Source: a virus
Taxonomy: Duplodnaviria > Caudoviricetes
DNA: 40,465 nt
IMG/VR virus record: IMGVR_UViG_3300038679_000219
Span: 1 to 40,465 of that record
Reading direction: 5' to 3' (one strand)
Positions 36,333-40,465 of this stretch are shown in pieces. Each line of letters opens with the position of its first letter. The stretch's first letter is position 1. The position numbers and the translations under genes were made by a program. Under the pieces are notes generated by a model, which saw only the letters and a list, made by a program, of their open reading frames with translations, was not told the DNA's origin and made no database searches.

Positions 36333-37448
36333 ATGGGTAAGCGAACCAGTTTGTGGATTTTGGAAAAGTTGATGCAGTTCGACACGAGGCTTGACGTCTA
36401 TGTGGACGCCGACGGCAATGAGTCGGTTATGAAATGGATACCTCCGTTTCGTGCCTGCCGGGCACTGACCAGCACTGCGGCGGTGGCGACACCGTCAGGG
36501 AGCGTCGGCGATTGGTTTCACCCTGAAGATATTCAGGCGGGATGGGTGAACAACACGGATTATGAAATCATTTCGATGGGCGGATACTGGGTCGATATGT
36601 ATCTCTGTTCGTCTCCCCTGGCAACATCTGCCAGCATAGGCTCTGCCTGTAACGGCACTGATGTAAACAAGAAAGCCTATGTGTCCCAGCCCGGAGTCGC
36701 TCCGATGGTGAGTCAGACCATTGCCCACTTTCGGCAATATCTGAAGTCGAGATTTTCCTATGGAGGATTCGCGGGCGGTATCGCCGGGACCGGATGGGCC
36801 GGGAAGGGCGGTCTCATGACGGATGCCCACTGGTTCGAGTTGTGGATCTGGACCAGGATTAACCGTTGGCTGCTCCGTGGAAACACCAATGGATATGTGG
36901 ATGAATCGGGAACGCCTGCGACCCCGAAGTGGCACTTGGATGCCAATGATATCGGCATGCGTGATCAGTCCGATACGGCTGGGCATGGCTCGTCTCTGAC
37001 CGGTGGCGGCAGCAAGCTGTGGGATATTCCGATCAGTGATTTTTGCGGAAACCGATGGGAATTCACGGATGGTCTTCGATTGAACGGCGGTGCCATTTAT
37101 ACGGCCGGGAAGACTGTCAACCCATTTACGGGCTACACCGACGGCTATGGCCATGCAAGCTTTGCCGCCACGGGCTTGTCCGTCTCCGGGTGTACGCACG
37201 GGCAGTCCATAGCATCATACCGTGCGGAAGCCGCACTGAAGCTGCATGGGATACCGGCCAGCACTGTAACTGCGGGCACGGGCGGTTTTGATGGCGGGGT
37301 TTTCTATTTTGACCTTACCTCTGAGCGGATAGCTCTTCGCGGTGGTAGTTGTTCTAATGGGGCGCTTTGCCCCGGCGCGCTCTACATTTACTTTGCGCCC
37401 TCCGTCAACGGTTGGTTTATCGGCGCGCGCGCAGTACTTGTTCCCTGA
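36333..37448 (+). CDS. DGR target protein, Mtd-like C-type-lectin-fold receptor-binding protein
   Basis: GGYWVDMYLCS, DFCGNRWEFTDG and C-terminal ALRGG...IGAR; the 3' end is homologous to TR. Confidence 0.9.
   Translation: MGKRTSLWILEKLMQFDTRLDVYVDADGNESVMKWIPPFRACRALTSTAAVATPSGSVGDWFHPEDIQAGWVNNTDYEIISMGGYWVDMYLCSSPLATSASIGSACNGTDVNKKAYVSQPGVAPMVSQTIAHFRQYLKSRFSYGGFAGGIAGTGWAGKGGLMTDAHWFELWIWTRINRWLLRGNTNGYVDESGTPATPKWHLDANDIGMRDQSDTAGHGSSLTGGGSKLWDIPISDFCGNRWEFTDGLRLNGGAIYTAGKTVNPFTGYTDGYGHASFAATGLSVSGCTHGQSIASYRAEAALKLHGIPASTVTAGTGGFDGGVFYFDLTSERIALRGGSCSNGALCPGALYIYFAPSVNGWFIGARAVLVP
37332..37434 (+). repeat. DGR variable repeat (VR) with GC-only tract
   Basis: Ungapped 103-nt alignment to 38879-38981 with 14 mismatches at TR adenines; CGGCGCGCGCGC at 37421-37432. 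Confidence 0.93.
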
Positions 37449-37468
37449 AACCTGGTTCCTGTGTTCTG

Positions 37469-37494
37469 ACCCTCTGCCCGATAGGGCAGAGGGT
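37469..37494 (+). promoter_or_regulatory. DGR target-recognition hairpin
   Basis: ACCCTCTGCCC-GATA-GGGCAGAGGGT: an 11-bp perfect stem with a GRNA-type loop, 20 nt after the target stop. Confidence 0.88.
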
Positions 37495-37540
37495 TCGCGA
37501 AAAATTTTTGAAGATGCGCTTTTTGTACAAGAAATAAAAG

Positions 37541-37620
37541 GCGGACAGTATTCCAGGGAGTTGCGACCTCCCCAGACCAGGCGCTAAAGACGCCCGACGG
37601 GATAACCCGCTACCATCCGC
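37541..37620 (+). ncRNA. Putative structured RNA leader upstream of the methylase
   Basis: Closing stem 37541-37550/37611-37620 encloses three hairpins (GGGAG/CTCCC, GGCG/CGCC, CGGG/CCCG). Confidence 0.5.
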
Positions 37621-37682
37621 ACAGTGAAACCGAACGGCTTATAGCAGGGTTACTCCCATAAATCAATTCGGGGAGGACCACA

Positions 37683-38471
37683 ATGAACAGTTTTTTAGCG
37701 TATATGGGCGGAAAATCGTTACTGGCGCGCAAGATCATTCCGAAGATCCCGGAGCACAAATGCTACGTGGAAGTCTTCGCGGGCGCAGCCTGGCTGTTAT
37801 TCAAGAAAGAAGAGAACACATCGGACGTGGAGATTATCAACGACATTAACCTGGATCTGGTGACCCTGTACCGGGTGGTCAAACACCACCTGGAGGAGTT
37901 TATCAGGTATTTCAAATGGGTTCTCGTCTCGCGTGATGAATTCTATCGGTTTCGCAAGGAGTTACCGGATACCCTGACGGACATTCAGCGGGCGGTCCGG
38001 TTTTACTATCTCCTCAAGTTGGGCTATGCGGCCAGGATTAAGGACCCGTCCTTCTCCATCGCCACAACCTCCAAGCCCCGCCTGAACCTCCTGCGGATCG
38101 AAGAGGAGTTGTCTGCGGTCCACCTTCGCCTGGCGCGGGTCTACATCGAGCATCGATCCTACGCGGAGGTCTTTGCCCGCTTTGACAAGCCGGACACCTT
38201 CTTTTATATCGATCCGCCCTATTACGGCTGCGAGGATTACTATGGGGACGGAATCTTTGATCAAAGTGATTTCATGAAGCTCCGGGACATCCTGGCCAGC
38301 ATTTCCGGTAAATTCATCCTGTCGATCAATGACGTGGACCATATCCGGGATCTGTTCAGGGGCTTCCACATCGAGACGGTACCGACGTCCTATTCGGCGG
38401 CCGGGGCCAACAGAAAGAAATACGTGAACGAGCTGCTCATGATGAATTATGAGCCGCCTATTGAATCATAA
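37683..38471 (+). CDS. D12-class N6-adenine DNA methyltransferase (Dam-like)
   Basis: YMGGKS, YVEVFAGAA, EIINDIN and FYIDPPY motifs. Confidence 0.93.
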   Translation: MNSFLAYMGGKSLLARKIIPKIPEHKCYVEVFAGAAWLLFKKEENTSDVEIINDINLDLVTLYRVVKHHLEEFIRYFKWVLVSRDEFYRFRKELPDTLTDIQRAVRFYYLLKLGYAARIKDPSFSIATTSKPRLNLLRIEEELSAVHLRLARVYIEHRSYAEVFARFDKPDTFFYIDPPYYGCEDYYGDGIFDQSDFMKLRDILASISGKFILSINDVDHIRDLFRGFHIETVPTSYSAAGANRKKYVNELLMMNYEPPIES

Positions 38472-38473
38472 TC

Positions 38474-38502
38474 TTGACGATGGAAAGGCACCGTGATAGA
38501 AG
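38474..38502 (+). promoter_or_regulatory. Candidate promoter for avd-TR-RT
   Basis: TTGACG (38474-38479), 17 bp, TAGAAG (38497-38502), with TG at the extended -10 position. Confidence 0.4.
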
Positions 38503-38530
38503 GCGAGGTCCTTATCGGGGTGATAAATCG

Positions 38531-38872
38531 ATGGAAGAGTTGATCTTAAAGCAGAAACACGAAGACATGATGATTTATGGCTACGGTTGCCTGCGGCAGT
38601 TTCCGAAAAGCGAGAAGCACACGCTTTCAGCGGAGATTCGCCAGTCGATGTATGAAATCGACAAGCACATCATTCGTGCCCAGAAGCGCTACTTTAAGAA
38701 AACAACCCTCCAGGATCTCGACATCGAGATCGCCCATTTAAGGACCAAAGTCAGATTGGCCAAAGATTTAGAGTTCCTGCCATTCAACAAGTACGAGAAT
38801 TGGGAAAAGATGATTGTCGAACTTGGCCGGATGGTAGGTGGGTGGCTGAAAAAGCTGCCCGCAGGGTCATGA
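38531..38872 (+). CDS. avd: DGR accessory variability determinant (Avd)
   Basis: QFPKSEKHTLSAEIR...LQDLDIEI..LR..VRLA...ELGRMVGGW; immediately upstream of TR. Confidence 0.92.
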   Translation: MEELILKQKHEDMMIYGYGCLRQFPKSEKHTLSAEIRQSMYEIDKHIIRAQKRYFKKTTLQDLDIEIAHLRTKVRLAKDLEFLPFNKYENWEKMIVELGRMVGGWLKKLPAGS

Positions 38873-38878
38873 CCGTCT

Positions 38879-38981
38879 GCTCTTCGCGGTGGTAATTGTA
38901 ATAACGGGGCGCAGTCCCCGGGGGCGCTCAACCTCAATAACGCCCCGTCCAACAACAATTGGAATATCGGCGCGCGCGCAG
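38879..38981 (+). repeat. DGR template repeat (TR)
   Basis: Intergenic between avd and RT; 23 adenines and ten AAY codons in the VR reading frame. Confidence 0.93.
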
Positions 38982-39145
38982 CACATCTAACGGCAGATGC
39001 TTTGAAGGTACTGCCTTCAAAGACGGTCCACAACTTGTACAGGTCATGATCCTTGTCGCACTCGAAGCTGAGTCGGCAAAAATATTAAGCTGTGCGGGTG
39101 GTCAGTAGGAAGCCCGAACGCCACCCGCATTAGCGTTGAGAGACA

Positions 39146-40195
39146 ATGAAACGACACGGAAACCTCTATCATAAAATAATTACCTTCGAGAATATCTGCG
39201 AGGCTTATCACAAGGCGGCCCTGGGGCGGCGATATACCTACGAGGTCCTGTCTTTCCGCAATAATCTGGAGGAGAATCTGATCTCCATCCAGGAAGACCT
39301 GGTCGACAAGACCTATCAACCCGGCAATTACTGGAAATTCACCCTCTACGAGCCGAAAAGGCGCACCATTTACGTCTCTCCATTCAGAGATCGTGTTGTC
39401 CATCATGCCATAATGAACATTATCGAGCCGATCTGGGACCATCTCTTCATCTACGATTCCTACGCCTGCCGGAAATTTAAAGGAAGCCATGACGCCATGT
39501 ACCGCGTCGTTAAATTCTTCCGAGAGACAAAGCAGCAATATGAACGTGTATACTGCCTGAAAGGCGACGTTTCCAAGTTCTTTCCTTCGATAAACCACCA
39601 CATTCTAATGGAGATCATCGGACGCAAGATCAAATGCAAGGACACCCTTTCCTTGATCCGGAAGATCGTTTTTAACGCTGGAGATCCGTTAGATCCAGAT
39701 TCCAAGAATATGCCTATCGGGAGCCTGCTTTCGCAGTGGTCGGCGAATCTTTACTTGAACGAGCTGGATTACCATATCAAACACAATATGCAGGTTAAAT
39801 TCTATGTCCGCTACATGGATGACTTCGTTCTCCTCGATGACGACAAGGCCCGGCTGCACGCTTATAAGGCTGAAATATTATCCTATTTAAATGATCATCT
39901 ACGGCTTCAGTTAAACCCCAAGAGCGACATTTACCCGGCAGATCGAGGCATTGACTTTGTCGGTTATCGGATATGGCCGAGCTATCGATTGGTGCGGAAA
40001 AAGGCCCTTGTGCGCGCCACGAAGCGGTTTAAGAGGCTCTCACACGATTACGAGCATGGGCTGGTGGATTTGGCCCATGTCAATTCATCGGTCATGTCCT
40101 GGTTGGGACACTGCGGGCATGCCCACGTTCTGAACGGTAAAATAAAGTGTTTGGAGGCGCTGGTCTTAAGACGACCTACTGAGCAGACTGGATAA
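39146..40195 (+). CDS. DGR reverse transcriptase
   Basis: FRDRVVHHA, LKGDVSKFFPSI, MPIGSLLSQ (DGR-type SQ), YVRYMDDF and GIDFVGY motifs. Confidence 0.96.
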   Translation: MKRHGNLYHKIITFENICEAYHKAALGRRYTYEVLSFRNNLEENLISIQEDLVDKTYQPGNYWKFTLYEPKRRTIYVSPFRDRVVHHAIMNIIEPIWDHLFIYDSYACRKFKGSHDAMYRVVKFFRETKQQYERVYCLKGDVSKFFPSINHHILMEIIGRKIKCKDTLSLIRKIVFNAGDPLDPDSKNMPIGSLLSQWSANLYLNELDYHIKHNMQVKFYVRYMDDFVLLDDDKARLHAYKAEILSYLNDHLRLQLNPKSDIYPADRGIDFVGYRIWPSYRLVRKKALVRATKRFKRLSHDYEHGLVDLAHVNSSVMSWLGHCGHAHVLNGKIKCLEALVLRRPTEQTG

Positions 40196-40298
40196 AACCA
40201 GCAGAGATGAGGCGGTTTCTACCTGGCAATCGCGGCAGATTCAAAACAGGCCGACAATTGCACAGGATTTTTGCACCCTACGACCCACCCCGTGGGGG

Positions 40299-40367
40299 TT
40301 GTCGCATGTTTCGTTTTTTTGTCTCAGATTACGTTTTTTCTTGTCGCAGAATAACTTTCGCCTGACA
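40299..40367 (-). repeat. Right end (attR) with putative transposase-binding boxes R1-R3
   Basis: TTGTCGCA 40299-40306, TTGTCTCA 40319-40326 and TTGTCGCA 40341-40348. The outermost box starts at position 20 from the end on both sides. Confidence 0.8.
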
Positions 40368-40372
40368 CCCCC
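40368..40372. repeat. Right copy of 5-bp target-site duplication (CCCCC)
   Basis: Follows the terminal ACA (40365-40367) and matches 120-124. Confidence 0.85.
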
Positions 40373-40412
40373 TGTTTCTCGCCGGAGGGAAAAAATTCGA
40401 CAAATAATAAAG

Positions 40413-40449
40413 ATCAATGGGCTAACCATTTATTGGCTAACCCATTGAT
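40413..40449 (-). terminator. Host hairpin downstream of a probable tRNA 3' end
   Basis: ATCAATGGG/CCCATTGAT stem, extended by G-U pairs only on the minus strand. Confidence 0.5.
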
Positions 40450-40457
40450 TTTTAAAA

Positions 40458-40465
40458 TGGTGGGC
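40458..40465 (-). tRNA. Possible 3' end of a tRNA gene (GCCCACCA), cut off by the window edge
   Basis: Only 8 nt are visible: CCA end followed by a hairpin. Confidence 0.35.

Larger units (their letters stand above)
125..40367 (+). mobile_element. Complete Mu-like (transposable) prophage with siphovirus-type tail and DGR
   Basis: Starts TGTGAG at 125 and ends CTGACA at 40367. The terminal 30 bp match 22/30 as inverted repeats, both ends are flanked by CCCCC, and the DDE transposase, ATPase, Mu-type head genes and tail genes lie in Mu order. Confidence 0.95.

Noticed and set aside
39146-40195. RT as a group II intron, retron or Abi RT
   Set aside because: It is short, has no maturase/endonuclease extension, carries the SQ motif, and sits beside avd and a TR/VR pair.
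125-40367. Genome-wide stop-codon reassignment explaining the internal TAA
   Set aside because: Many neighbouring genes end normally in TAA, and no other gene appears interrupted.

Overview
The window is almost entirely one apparently complete Mu-like transposable prophage (125..40367, ~40.2 kb). It has TGT...ACA ends, imperfect terminal inverted repeats, three TG(A/C)GACAA boxes per end and a 5-bp target-site duplication (CCCCC at 120-124 and 40368-40372). Gene order: membrane-protein moron, repressor, ner, DDE transposase and MuB-like ATPase, early accessory genes (GemA, DUF3850, RdgC-like), Com-like Zn finger, lysis genes, Mu-type head genes, non-contractile tail with a -1 frameshifted chaperone, tape measure and tail tip. 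Where Mu has its invertible G segment and gin, this phage carries a diversity-generating retroelement (DGR): CLec-type target 36333..37448 with VR 37332..37434, a GATA-loop hairpin, avd, TR 38879..38981 and RT, with an adenine methylase inserted inside it. Main unusual observations: (1) the VR centre has 11 non-adenine, mostly synonymous differences from TR; (2) a promoter/tandem-repeat/terminator attenuator lies between the Com-like gene and the late operon; (3) a MuF-kinase-ART-like toxin fusion is interrupted by a single in-frame TAA and faces a leaderless, probably autoregulated antisense 3-gene operon; (4) a 59-aa gene is boxed by perfect 26-bp inverted repeats; (5) a lysis-cluster protein has an N-terminal hydrophobic segment and a YadA-like 4-strand C-terminus. 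All family assignments come from motif recognition and synteny by eye; no database searches were run.
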